From Paraspadella gotoi (lineage: Eukaryota > Animalia > Chaetognatha): DNA of 64,000 nt. This document shows positions 27,559 through 43,808 of the stretch, piece after piece; position 1 is the first letter of the stretch, and every line of letters starts with the position of its first letter. The position numbers and the translations under genes are program-made. Below the pieces are notes generated by a model that was given only the letters and a program-made list of their open reading frames with translations, searched no databases and was not told the DNA's origin. The stretch is taken from positions 2,596,989 through 2,660,988 of the forward strand of contig CM119263.1 of assembly GCA_051294375.1 (NCBI GenBank). The letters are read 5' to 3'.

Positions 27559-29468
27559 ATGAAGCGAACGCTGAGTCCAGATTTCCAAGATGACGAAGAC
27601 AGAAGCGGAAAGTGGCCAGAGTATTGTCGCACGATCATCATCAAAGGTAAACAAACAACTTGAGTATTTGAACGTAATAAGAGTCGAATTCGGCAACAAA
27701 TGTTTGTTTACTAACTGACAGAGATCTTGCCACTTAGAATTTTGGAGTTAAAATATTTCAAAATGCCTTTTCGATGTATCAACCACTGCATTGTATCCGG
27801 CCCCTAATAATTCTTACAGTTATTTTAGTAAATGTATTGTTTGATGTATGTATAATATACATTGTATATATGTAAATGTACTGTGAATGTACTTGCACAA
27901 TACAAATCTGGCGGCAACGGAATTCTACCTAAGCTCCAACGCAATCCACCTCATCTCATCCAATTTCCTGTCACAGGTTCCAACGGATCGACGAAAGAGT
28001 TGGTGTTCCCCCGCGCTCTGGACCTGGACCGACCCAAACGCGCGCGCACGATGTTTTCGTCGACGCAACTGGAAAGGCTGGAGACTCGGTTCGCCAAGAA
28101 CCAATATCTCGTCGGGAAGGAAAGAGTGGATTTGGCGCAGGAGCTCGACCTTACCGAGATGCAGGTGAGTTGAGTTTGGAAGGTTTAATAATGAGCAGGA
28201 GCAGGTTTTGGTGTCCACGGCATGGAATGTAGCAGGTTAACGATAAGCATAACCCAATATCACTGGGTTAAAAAAACCATCGATCATTTTTAAAAACTAC
28301 CAGTTTTCTTTAATCACGTTATCTCCTTGTGGTTCGAAAGTTGTGAGTATAGAGTGTTATCGAAATTCGAAACCTTTTTGTTCGAAATACCTATTTATAT
28401 ATATATCTATTAGATTATTATTATTATCATTATCATCTTACTTATTTAAAAACTATGCCTTTTCTTCTCTTTCTTTTCAATTTTAAGTTCTCTTATCATT
28501 GTCGCTTACAATCCTCTTCACATAGCTGAACGCGCCATTCAATTTCAATCTTTTAAATAGTTATCACCGCCTTTAGAACTTTTCAGTAAAAAAATTATAC
28601 TTGTAACACAAGTTGTATTCTATACTAATTTTTTTAATCCTTATTTTGAAATCTGGCAATCTGTTTTATTATTTTAATACTTTTATACTATTTTTAAACT
28701 TTCTGTTTCCAGGTGAAAGTTTGGTTTCAAAATCGTCGAACGAAACAAAAAAAAGATTCTGAGAAAGAGAAGACTCCTCCTCCTCCTCCTCCTCTTCCTC
28801 GCGAATCCGCGGCGTCAATCGATTTCCTCAAACTCCTCGAATCGACGACGCCGTTTTTGTCCACGACGCCGCACGACACCGCTCGGTCATCGGCGCCGAG
28901 TTTTGGCGCCGCTTCGTCGACGACGCCATTTTTCTCGTCGACGCCACAAATTCCTCCTCCGTCGCTCCTCCGCTCGACCGGCGCCGATCCGACGCTCGAT
29001 TTCGCGCTCACTTTCCCGGCATCTCTCACAACGGCGACGCCGGTGACACGCAACGACGCCGCTGATCCTTCGACGCCACCCTCGGCGTCAAAACCGGCGC
29101 CTGCGTCGACCTCGGTCGCCCATTTCCTTCCTACGCCGCTAGAGGGACATTTGTCGGTTTTCGGTTTGCCGACGTCGGCGCCGCCAACGCTCTTCGCTAC
29201 GACGTCACGCACTACGGCGCCGGTGACGCCGCCAATTTCGACCGGCATCGTCTTCGGCGGACGCGCGGCGCCTCGATCTCCCTTCGCTGCGTCGCATCTC
29301 CCGTTTTGGTCGGCGATCTACGGCGGCGGCGCCGGATGGCCGCTCTCCTCTTCCTCTTCCTCCTCCGCCTCGTCGCTATACCCCACTTCCTCTTCCTTTC
29401 CTCTTCCTCGTCCCTCTAGCGTCGCGATTCCAAGTTTGAACTCAGCGATCGATTCGACTTCGGTTTAA
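27559..29468 (+). CDS. Vax: Vax homeobox protein (exons 27559-27646, 27977-28164, 28713-29468)
   Basis: PEYCRTIIIK-GSNGSTKELVFPRALDLDRPKRARTMFS...QYLVGKERVDLAQELDLTEMQ|VKVWFQNRRTKQKKD. The pre-homeodomain YCR..LDLDRPKR motif and the TKQKKD end are Vax-diagnostic. Confidence 0.92.
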
Positions 29469-30085
29469 CGAAATTCAGGTCGAATTTTTAAGGACATCTA
29501 AAGTCATGTCACTACTCTCTCATTATATACTTTTTCTACTTTTCTTATTATGTATAAATTGTATCTACTAGTATTACTTGGGTATAGTTAATAAGTTAAT
29601 GAATTGTTATCACCCGTAACCTTGTAATTAATGCTGCACGATCATAATTATGGATGTGTGAATGCACTTTTATTTTAAATATATAGAGAGATTAATTGAA
29701 ACAATTTGTTAATTTTGTAAATCAAAAAATATTTAAGAGTTAATTTTGAAGCCCGCGAGTCGTTTTAATTTATCGCGCTCCTTGTTCAATTTTCTCCTAA
29801 AGATTTAAAAAGAAGAAATTAATTATCATAATCAATAATAATAATAATTTCGTTTTCCCGTTGGCTCGAAAATTACCAAAGCATTTTGATAATTTGACTA
29901 ACGTTTGACAAATTAGTCGGAATGTCCTTTTGTTTTTTCGATGTCGTCCCTCGAGAGGTGGGGCTTTCGTAACCGCGGCTTAGTGAAGGGTGGGTGTCCG
30001 GAGGTGGAGAGTCAACTACGAATCGGAACCTAAATCTTTAACGTAGGGGAGTGACAAGATGACACTGGTTATGAAGAATCGAAAA

Positions 30086-31052
30086 TCAGGTTTTTATATT
30101 GAGGTTATGAAGCCGCTGTAACCACTCATTAACGAGTAACATGCTTCCGAACCGAGGATCCTCCTCGTCGCCGCTGCCGCCGCCGCTGCCGCCGCTGCCA
30201 TCGTCGCTGTCTCCACGACGAAACCATCTCCCTCGTTCATTCATCGCCGCCGCATCGAAGTCCTCCAAAGATCCGCGACCGACTCGACGGTTAGAGTGTC
30301 GACGCCTCTCGGTCACGCGTCCCGTCCACGGTCTCAGATGGCCGGTGCTCGAGTCTAAGGTCTGCGACCAACGTCGACGGCCGCGCCCACTGTCGCCGGT
30401 GTCTCCCGTCGCCGGCCGACGCCGCCGCCAATTCCATTCGTGGCGTCGATTTCCGTCCGGCGCGTCGATGCGGTTTCCTTCGTCGTCGAAGTGACCTTCG
30501 TGAGAGTAACGGTGAGTCTCGACGAATCTGTGTTCGGGGCGATAGTTGTGAACGTAGAAAAAGTGATCCTCCGAGTGAGGAAGGCTGAAGGGAAAAGAGA
30601 GGTCGCTAGTTGTGTGAATGAAGTTGAGACAATTTTGTCTTTGGCCTTAATAGTTTATTTTAGTAATTCTACTTCTAGCATTTAGTGTCAGTGATGGTCA
30701 GTTCATTTAAAAAATAACAGTTACTTAAAACAAAAACTTTTAAAATACACACATAATTCGATCTATTTAAAAAATATTTATATGACTTCAATTGGTTGCT
30801 TCTAAAATCGCAAGATCGTTTGAAAAAAAATTTTTAGTACCGAAAAGGTGAGTACATAGATGAGTTTTAAATCTTTACTCTTCATAATGTAAGTCTTCAT
30901 ATGTATCTGAATACAAATAAGATATTTATTGATAAATATTTAATTCGAAACCTGTACCCGTTCGATTCTTCGCGCGACATGTCGACACCGAAAACGAGGG
31001 CGACGCAAATCGGCAACGCCCACCACGGCGCCACGGACCACAAAGACGCCAT
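30086..31052 (-). CDS. Secreted protein of ~199 aa with many Arg-Arg sites, candidate peptide precursor (exons 31052-30952, 30584-30086)
   Basis: Signal-peptide-like MASLWSVAPWWALPICVALVFG. A phase-2 GT-AG intron leads into a 499-nt open exon. Confidence 0.65.
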
Positions 31053-32019
31053 CTATTTCTTATATTGTAGTCGTTACAAAATTTGTAATAGCACCCGAGA
31101 ACTACGCCTGGAAATATCGAGCGAAAAAGACGGGAAGACCTCACTACTCAAACCGGCGGCTTTTTCCAGAAAAACTTACTTTTCTTTCTCGCGACAATTT
31201 TTATCGAGCCTTGACCGGCGAAGCCGGGTCAGGCTTATGATATGTTTTAGGTTGCTTCTTGTGACGTAGTCGTCGTCGTCGTCGTCGTCCGTCCGTCACG
31301 CTGTTTTCATATATAAAACACTACGTCTTATAGGTTTGGCTGTGACTACCGTTTTTAAAATAAAAATTATTATGAATTATGATAAAGTTTTACAAAATGT
31401 GCGATCATAGTAAGTTAAAAATTTAGATATGGCTTTTCATCTTGAAATAGCTGTGATATTTTCATATTACATTTGGATTTAAGTATTTTTTGTTTGAATT
31501 TCCACTTCATTATGATTTACTGCAATATGCAAATGAGATTAAAGTACTCCTTATAATATCAAATTAGTATATAGAAATGCTTTAATCTAATTTACATATT
31601 GCAGTATATATATTGAAGATGAAATTCAAAAAATTTGTTTTAAATTTTTAATAAAAAGGGAACTCAAAGGATTTTTTTAATGAGAAGCTATATCTTAATT
31701 TTAATACAAATATAAATTAAATCTTTTACAAGCTGCGATTGGAAAAAATTGGAAAAATTTCAATTGTAAACAATTGTAACATATTTTGCCTTTCTTTTAT
31801 TTCTTTAAATATATATAATTTTTTTTTCCTATTTGTCAGTTGCTGCTTTTTCTGAACCCTTAAAAACGAGTTCAGGTTCTGCAGTGACTGTTCAGCTGGC
31901 TTCCAGCTTTCTCTTTCTTTCTGTCTCTTTTCTCTTTTCTGTCTCTCTTTCTCTCTCTTTCTGTCTTTCTGTCTCTCTCACTCTGTACGATCGTTCGTTT
32001 TTTGAAAAATTCTGATTAT

Positions 32020-32131
32020 TTTTTCCTTCTCAAAACTTTTATTATCGCCATTTATTCCGCGCTTATTTTTTCAATACAAAATCCCAAATTTATATCTGAG
32101 ATATAATTGGAAAGAAATTCGGTTTTTCTTT

Positions 32132-32179
<48 letters not shown>

Positions 32180-32662
32180 CTTATTATTTTTTTAAAAAAT
32201 GAAGAATAACTTATAATGATATGCATTATCAACATATAAATCAGCTAATGTGACCTATTATATTTGCAGCACTTTCGCCGAATAATATAATTGCATGCAT
32301 CACATTTATAAAAAAAAAAAATTTTGTTTTTATTTATTATTGCAACTTTGGACCGGTTGGCCCACTATTGGCAAATTATATCTAAAATAGGAGTTGATAA
32401 GAGAGATATAGTCAAATTAAACATTACTTTTTTTGTTATTCTGATAATTTGTACTATTATTAAATTTATAAATATTTTAGTGTATATATTAATCATTTTT
32501 AACTTTTTTTTAAATAATAATTATTTGAGTTGTGATAACTATTTATAAATTAATTAAATATGGCAAATATTAAATTTGACCTCGGTCTGGTTTCTTCCTA
32601 AAAAAGACCATCTTTTTCTCTCTATCTCTCTTTCTCCTCTCTCTCTCTCTCTCTCTTTCTCC

Positions 32663-32702
<40 letters not shown>

Positions 32703-33056
32703 TTTTTTTTCCTTCTAAAAACTTTATTATCGCCATTTATTCCGAGATTTTCGTGGATTTTTCCTTCTAAAAACTTTTATTATCGCCATTTATTATTTTA
32801 TCTCAATACAAAATCCCAAAATACAATAACTTACTTAACCTAGATTTCGTGGTCGTTGCGGAGCAACAAGTAAACAATGTCGAGGAACATGACCTAATAA
32901 CGCGTTACGTGTATAAAAAAAATCAACATAGACCCAATTTCACGACGCCGTTGCGAGGCAACGCATAACCGATATAAACGAGCGTGACCTAATAATGCGT
33001 CTCTTTGGTGGGAAAACTCTCTCTCTCTCTCTCTTTCTCACTCTCCCTCCCTCTTT

Positions 33057-33135
<79 letters not shown>

Positions 33136-33390
33136 TTTTCCTTCTAAAAACTTTTATTATCGCCATTTATTCCGCGCTTTTTTCTCAATACAAAATCACA
33201 AATTTACATCCGAGATTTTCGTGGATTTTTTTTCTAAAAATTCTGATTATTCTTTATATAAACGAGAGAGACCTAAGAATGGCGTTTCGTTGGCGGGAAA
33301 ACTGTCCAGCTCTCTCTCTCTCTCTCTCTCTCTCTCACCTCTCTCTCTCTCTCCTCTCTCTCTCTCTCCTCTCTCTCTCTCTCCTCTTTC
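32020..33390. repeat. Compound local repeat: module AAAACTTT(T)ATTATCGCCATTTATT...CAATACAAAATC interleaved with (CT)n tracts
   Basis: The module recurs near 32032, 32717, 32770 and 33147. Confidence 0.75.
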
Positions 33391-33422
33391 ACTCATACAC
33401 GCATTTGTTTGTTTTATTTACG

Positions 33423-33656
33423 ATGAATGATTCAGCGCGCAATGAATCACTATCATCGCATCATGAATGACTATCATCGTATCAATGAATGATTATCATC
33501 ATATCAATGAATGACTATCATCGCATCAATCATTTGATTATCATCACATCAGTCATTTTGTTATCATCGCATCAATTATTGGTTATCATCGCGTCAATAT
33601 TTGGTTATCATCGCATCAATATTTGGTTATCATCGCATCAATATTTGGTTACATCG
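33423..33656. repeat. ~22-bp minisatellite, about 10 units
   Basis: Units drift from TGAATGACTATCATCGCATCAA to TATTTGGTTATCATCGCATCAA. Confidence 0.85.
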
Positions 33657-33752
33657 AAAGCGGCTCGATCTTTATGCTTTTAAGATTTTTGCGGATATTT
33701 TGGCACCGAAACGGAAAGTTTCATCGTGAAAAAATATTAGAAGTTTTTAAGG

Positions 33753-33796
<44 letters not shown>

Positions 33797-34294
33797 CTAT
33801 TTTCAAATAAATAGTTTCAAATGGTTCTGTTCAAATCACGAGAACAAAAAAAAAACGAGATAACAGGTATAGTCGCCTAGTGTTCAGACTTTTTTATGAC
33901 AGTAACTACTTTTCAATACGGCCATTTTGTTGAATAAAATGGGACGGGCCTTCGCGGCCGAGGATTTTTCAAAACATTAAATAAACAAGTTATTACTTCT
34001 CAGGATTGGGCGAACGAGACCGGGTATTCTGAATAATATTTAGTGAATAGTGCACGTTGGGAGAAACCGTATCGGTGAGAAGTACGAAATGTCCTTTTAT
34101 ACTCATGACCTTTATTAGTATTTGCTTACACACCATGTGCCAATTTATTTAATTAATTAATAGATTCTACAACTAATCTCGACAAAACAAATAACATCAG
34201 CTGTTATTATGAATAGAATTAAACATTTTTTCTTCATGTAACCGGTTTTAGCTTCAAAACGTTAAAAGGCCAATATTTATGATAACTCTCTCCC

Positions 34295-34385
<91 letters not shown>

Positions 34386-35227
34386 CATCTGACCTGAACT
34401 CAATTTTTTTCATTTATTTTCAGTCAAGTTTTCATGAACTCGGCAATCGTTTTTATACCCAGAAATTAGCCGAAACTTCTTCTTTAAAATAACAAGATAT
34501 ATATACTATTCATTATTCCCAAACAAAATTTAAACGCCCTTTTTTATAAATAATATTTTTAGCTATGAACTTATATTCGTTTTTATCTTAGTCTCTCTCT
34601 CTCTCTAACATGCACTCAGTCATTCTTACTCTCTCGCTCTCTCTCTTCATCTTGCGTTCATCACTTTATACTCGTTTGTGTGAGCTTTTTTGGGCCATCT
34701 CATCATGTGGCCGTCTTATCATGTGAGCTTTTTTGGGCCATCTCATCCTCGTTCGTTTTGTTTTCCCGTGATTTTATTTTTAAGATTCGCATATCGTTAA
34801 TCGTTAATCCCTGAACTTTATTTTCCCCTAATCTGTTACCAAGCCTATAACCCAAATCCTAATTCCTAACCCTAATTCCTAACCCTAACCTAATACTGGA
34901 AAAATAAGATTCATTTATCATCAATCATCATATTCATCATACGTACATTCTCGACTATCGCCTTTTGTTTTGTTTTTTTCCGGAATTCGGAAAATTAGAT
35001 AATTAATTAAAGCTTGACTCGTTACTCGTCAATTAAATCAAAAATCAAACTGGATTTTCGATTTGAAAATTCGACATATGTTGAAAACTGGTTCCGCACT
35101 TTACATTTTTATTTTTCCGTCGCACTAAATGATAAAGGAACAGACACGGAACCTCCCATAAAGCCACGACTTCCTCCGTTTCTCGCCACACCCTCCAGCC
35201 TCTCCATCTTCCCCAGCCGCCGTTGCC

Positions 35228-37131
35228 ATGGCCGCTAAAAGACGCAAGATGCCGCTTCGGCTGCCCCAAATGGGTCCGTCGGTCACGGACATGCTCAAGT
35301 ATCAACAGTCCAAATCGACGGAATCTTCGCGGGTCGGACCCAAAATTTCTCTCTTCAACGTCGAGTCGCAGTTTTATCCTTTTGGTCGAAAAGTCTTGGT
35401 TCCGCTCACGGCGGAATTCGTTGGTCTTTTCTTTCTCACCTTCATCGGCGCCTCGCAACAAGTGTCGTTCGCGTCGCCGAAAGGGGGCGCGGTGAGAATA
35501 TATGACTTTGAAGTATTTAAATGAAAAAAGAACAATGATTAGTATTCGTTAGGTAGAATATGAAATAAATTATAAAATTGTCACTTATAAATAGCGCTTA
35601 TATAAAAATTACATATACTGAGGAGACAGTGATTATTGATATATGTTAATGACAGAACCGTTCAATATAAGCAGTCCCTGAGCTTCGGATCAGGCTGTAA
35701 CACCGAGTTACAGGCGGGTTAAGCGCCCCGTCCCTCTAAACTGCTAGGCGACCACCGGGCCAGAACCCCGGACCTTTGGGTTGGGAGGCGAATGACTTGC
35801 CTCCGGCACCAATGGCCGCTGATGAACGGGTGGTGGATTTTAGTCCACCATAATACCTTATTTATTAAGCAGATAGTTTTCTCAAGACCGTTGAGAAAGT
35901 AATTACAACCGGCTTCTCTCTCCACTGCCAAACAAATTTACCACCGAGAAATTGACCCCGGAGTTATAGTATATTTAACATTAAAATTATGCGCTTTTTC
36001 CCTCTTGCCACAATTTTTGCTACTAGTTAGAGAATGCTTTGAACTATGTTAGATACACTGTACTAACTAGCATATTTTATTATTTTTTTTCTCATTGAAT
36101 TTGTCCAGAATGAAACTTTTTCCAGCGTGGATCTGGACGCCCTCGCCGGTCGATCCGCGAGTCCCGTCGTTGTCGGCATCACACTCGCTCTCCTCATCAA
36201 CTCGCTCGTCCACTTGAGCGGCGCCAACCTCAACCCCACCGCCTCTATCGCATTCCTCACCATCGGCGACTTACCCTGGCAGCTTTTTTTCCCTTACATC
36301 GTCGTGCAGATTCTGGGATCCACGTTGGGAGCCGCTTTTGTCAGGTAAGTTCGACTCGGGTATGTTGCAGTATCTGATGTCTTATTTGACGTGAATGAAT
36401 TTTCTTATTGATTTAACATCCGACAAGTTTCGAAATCATTATAATTAAAAATCTTTTTTTTTCTTCTATTTTTAGAGCGCTCATGCCGGCGGAGAAATAC
36501 TTGATGGGCGGCGGAGGAATGCTACTCACCAACGGAGATCTCGCGAAGGCTTTCGGCGTCGAAGTTGTCATTTGTTTTTTTATGATGTTCGTTGCCTTCA
36601 CTTCCTCCGTCGATCAGCCCTCTAACGCCGTCTTTGCTTACACCATCGGGTTTACCGGTAAACAAAAGAACTCCCGAGTAAAATGACATGCTGTGAAACA
36701 ATGCCTGGTTATGTTATATTAAAAAGAAACGGAGACATACCTACTACGTAATATTACTAATAATCTTTTCTGAAAAACTTGGCTGTAAATGGCTGTAATA
36801 CTCATAGCGTCGTATCACTCACCTCTTCCCTTCCAATTCAGTGACGGTGTCTCTTTACGCTTTCGGTCCCATCACCGGCGCCTGCATGAATCCCTCACGA
36901 TCGATTGGCGCCATCTTAGCCGCTTACGGTTTTGACTTTGGCCCCGAGACGTCGAAACTCTTCGCCGACGCTTGGACCAGCACGGGCGTTTACTTCGCGG
37001 GCGACCTGCTGGGCGGGTTCATCGCCGGCGTCGCTTACAAGCTCATCGCCAAGAATCAGAGTTACGCCTTCAAGTGGACGCAGATTCGTGAGCGTTTTTG
37101 TTCTGGTGAGAACGGTGATGAGGGGGCTTAG
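35228..37131 (+). CDS. Aquaporin (MIP family, AQP8-like), 4 exons
   Basis: AEFVGLFFLTFIG, HLSGANLNPTASIA, AFGVEVVICF, GPITGACMNPSRSIG. Six hydrophobic segments. Confidence 0.9.
35640..35819 (-). mobile_element. Possible tRNA-derived SINE in aquaporin intron 1
   Basis: The minus strand 35819-35747 has an acceptor-like stem GCGGCCA/TGGTCGC, A-box-like TGGTGCCGGAGG and B-box-like GGTTC, but a broken anticodon arm. The left boundary is approximate. Confidence 0.4.
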
Positions 37132-37599
37132 ATCGAGTGGCCCAAACTTCCCGCATTATTCGGGATCAAATAAAAATAGAAATTACTTTGAATTTTTTTT
37201 ATAAATAAAAGTTTACATATATTGATTACGCTGTAAATAAAGTTGTCGAATATATTTCCTGCTTATAAATCTTGCAAAACTGTATGAAATATAATCAAAA
37301 TCTTGTTTTTTAAAAAAATATGAATTTTAAAAAAATCATTTCTTGTCCTGTCCCGAGAAGTTTAAAAACGTTGGTACTAGTTAGGCAAAGTTAAATTTCG
37401 AGCAAAAAGTTCACAACTGTGGTGACTGTAATTCAGTCTCTCAATAATCAATTAGTTTCAGTTCAGGATAAGTTTAAAAACTTTTAAATCGATTTTTTCA
37501 AAAAAATCAATCGATGCGGTTTTTATTAAACCACAAAATGTAATCATGGCTGATCTGCAAATTTTGTACTCTTAGTTCACTAATGATTAGGTAGCAAGT

Positions 37600-39598
37600 A
37601 TGACATTTCGTCGGATCAGTTATTGTGACAATCTTCGCTTTAAACTCGCCACGTTTATCTTGGTCATTAACTCTTACCACGAAGGTAATGTTTTCAACTT
37701 TTCTTCACATGATGATGTTAAATACGTAGTATATTAAATATTGTTTTTAAAAACCAAGGAGTTTCATAATAAGTGGGAAAAACCAGCTAAGTGTATTTGC
37801 ATCATAGCTTACGCAAGGATCGATGCTACCTTTTCCTTGTCCGAATACGATGGTCATCTACTTCCTGTTGTCGAAAGTTTTCAAAGATGGCGACTTAATT
37901 TTCAAAGAAACTCTTCGCGCGAAAAAAACGACAACTCAGGAAAGACAATTCTGAGCGTGGCGTGGCTAACCTTTCCAAAGCACGAGTATGAGGTTTGCGG
38001 TAGTTTTTACTTGTAGACAAAATCATAGGGTGTGGGTCCGCTGTGGTTCTATTCAATATCAATTAATTAATTTATTTATAGCTCATCGCCGTGGATATTT
38101 CTGCAAATCTTAATCGATCTTGCGAACCATCAAAGAATATTCTCGAGTTTGTCTCGCTGCAGACTTCCTCGACAAAGTGTTGGAGCCCCAGCTGCGGCAT
38201 CCTCAAGAGAAGAGCGAGCCTTTGCGGCGCGGAAGGCGCGGCTCCGGGGCAACTGATCTCGCCGCGCCGCTCCGGTGCCATCGCGTACAGAATCTCTATC
38301 GACGCTGGAGTCTTTCGCCGATTTGTCCTCGAAGTCGTTCGAATCTCAGTCGACGAGAAGTTGGAAGATGTGCGTTTGAAGGAGGGCGACGATCTTCTGC
38401 TTCAATGTTGGTCGGGATGTCCAGGTACCGGGGTCGAGGAATTTGAGGCAAAATCAATTAATCATGAAGACGCAGGCGGAACAAAAACAATAAATGTTCT
38501 ATTGAGATCATCACCACTATTTATATAAATTTATTCCCGGAGGAAACGTCGCGCGAGTGTCCTTCGAGACGAACGTGACGCACAACAACAACAACAACAA
38601 CAATACCGTTTTCACTCCACTGAGGAACATCAGTCTCCTCAAGTTGATCAAAGTCAAGAAGAAAACTCTTAAGAGTCTCACGATCTTTGATGGCATACAG
38701 GTCGACTTTATTGATAAATGGCGACGCCACTGCGGAAATTTTGAAGGTAGGCGTCTATATTTAAAGCTACTAAAGTAAAACATAATCATCAAGGTCCAAA
38801 ATTGGATAGATGGGATAGCTCACTCAACAATTGGCTACGTCGCGTATTTTTTTCTTAGCAGAAACTTCGGAAGTGGCGTGGATTTGGCGTCTGCGGCTCC
38901 GCAACATGACGCGCTCCGTTCCTTCGTTGATTCGGTTCTCATTCGGTCGTGCACCACCTTGCGTATTCAATTTAATAGTTGACGCAAAAGTAAGAAAACT
39001 TCGGATCAGAGAAATACGTTCTGAAGACTGAAACTTAAATCCAACCAGACCATCTAATTTGATCATGGAATATTAACGATTTTATAAACGTTAGGGGACA
39101 TCGAGCGACGAAAGGGAAAGTCCCGTCGACGATGCCTACGACGAATACGACCCAACCGCCGCCTTTCAGACTCCCGTTCTCGACGTTCTTTTGGTCGCCA
39201 GCGTCCTCGTTGGAGTCCTCGTCGTCGTAGTCATCTTCTTCCGGACCGTTTTGTCCAGGTTTCGACGAAGATACGGGAAATGTGTAGGGATTAGGGAACG
39301 ATTAAAACGATGATTCATTGACGTCAGGGATGACAGGTGTGGCGAGGAATGCTGTATTGAGGGTTGCTGCGACGAGGGCTGCAGCGTCGACGAAACAGGA
39401 AATCGATGCTGCTTCTGCGGGGAGAAAATGAATTCGCCGAAGACGCGCTCGAGTCGAAAGCGTACCTTTGACGAAGTCGATGACGAAGATGAAGACGAGG
39501 GCTTACGCGGTGAACCGATCGAATTAAAGAGAATGTACTCCGACTCGCCTGAGGAGGCCGTCCGAAAAATTCCGGAGCGAGTCGAGTTAGAAATTTAA
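37600..39598 (+). CDS. Orphan single-pass (type I) membrane protein, about 7 exons
   Basis: In-frame exons give a hydrophobic N-terminus, a Cys-containing ectodomain, TM VLLVASVLVGVLVVVVIFF and cytoplasmic CGEECCIEGCCDEGC...CCFC, ending RVELEI*. Confidence 0.6.
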
Positions 39599-39749
39599 GT
39601 CAATCGAGTTGTAATAATTGTTGCAAGATAAAACATTATATTAAATGTGAGTAATTTTATTAAATGTGATTAATAACAATAATATTAATAAGTTATGAAA
39701 AATTAGTAACTGATAAAGATCGAATTTGAAAAATTCCGCCTGACTTCTG

Positions 39750-40109
39750 CTACTTCCAACTCCGCTTCCTCCTGCTGCTCCGTTCTGCTTTATTTGTTTT
39801 GCCGTTGGCTGCAGCGGACAGACTTCCGCTGTCATTCTTATTTCGCGAAGGCTTCGAAAGCTGGGAAAGCCTCGGAAAGCATCGATAATTTCGACGGGAA
39901 AATCCGGAGAAAATGCGAGGAATTTTGGGAAGAGTTGAGGAAATGAATCGTCGCTCATGGTGAACTCTGAACAATGAGAGCAAGAGGGAAAAATGTAAAC
40001 AAACAAAACTACAGCGAACCAAGAATCATGACTCGCCTCTCAGGACCATGCGTCGGACTCACTCTTTCCTCAAGATGCGTCGCAAAAATTTGCAAAACTG
40101 TTTTCGCAT
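39750..40109 (-). CDS. Possible small, very basic protein (~87 aa; exons 40109-40063, 39966-39750)
   Basis: ATG, GTGAGT donor and a polypyrimidine CAG acceptor in compatible phase. Product MRKQFCKFLRRILRKEVHHERRF...SSRRKRSWK. Confidence 0.3.
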
Positions 40110-40514
40110 TTTAGGAGGATACCGTCACTCTCATGATTTTCTTCAAATGATTCCAATTTCAGAAAGGATGAAGATGTCAATCGTCTTTTCACTTTCTTTT
40201 TGTTTTTTCTTAACCTCGGTCGAATATTATGGACGAGAAGGCTCCATGTTTCCGAGAATGTAATAAAATTATTCGGCGCCAAAATAGATTGCTTTACGGT
40301 CATTGCCAAATATTAATTAAGTACAATCGTCGTACATTACCTTGGATTTTAAAACGCTTAAATATAAATTGTGGTAAAACCAAAAATATAACATTCTTTC
40401 CAATGTTCTGTATTGATTCTGTATTGTACGTATATTTACAATCACCATCAATGCTTTCATTCACTTATGTGGAAAAAGGCTTGTAAATTTTTGTTTGTAG
40501 TAAAAACTTTGAAA

Positions 40515-43808
<3,294 letters not shown>

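Noticed and set aside
28727-29248. 173-aa antisense ORF over Vax exon 3
   Set aside because: Expected shadow ORF of a GC-rich low-complexity coding exon.
34845-34895. CCCTAA-like tracts here and near 18715-18790 and 57060-57120 as telomeric sequence
   Set aside because: Short, degenerate and interstitial, a common low-complexity motif in invertebrate repeats.
35747-35819. Functional tRNA gene
   Set aside because: The anticodon stem and T-loop are defective and there is no oligo-T terminator, so it is better explained as a SINE head.
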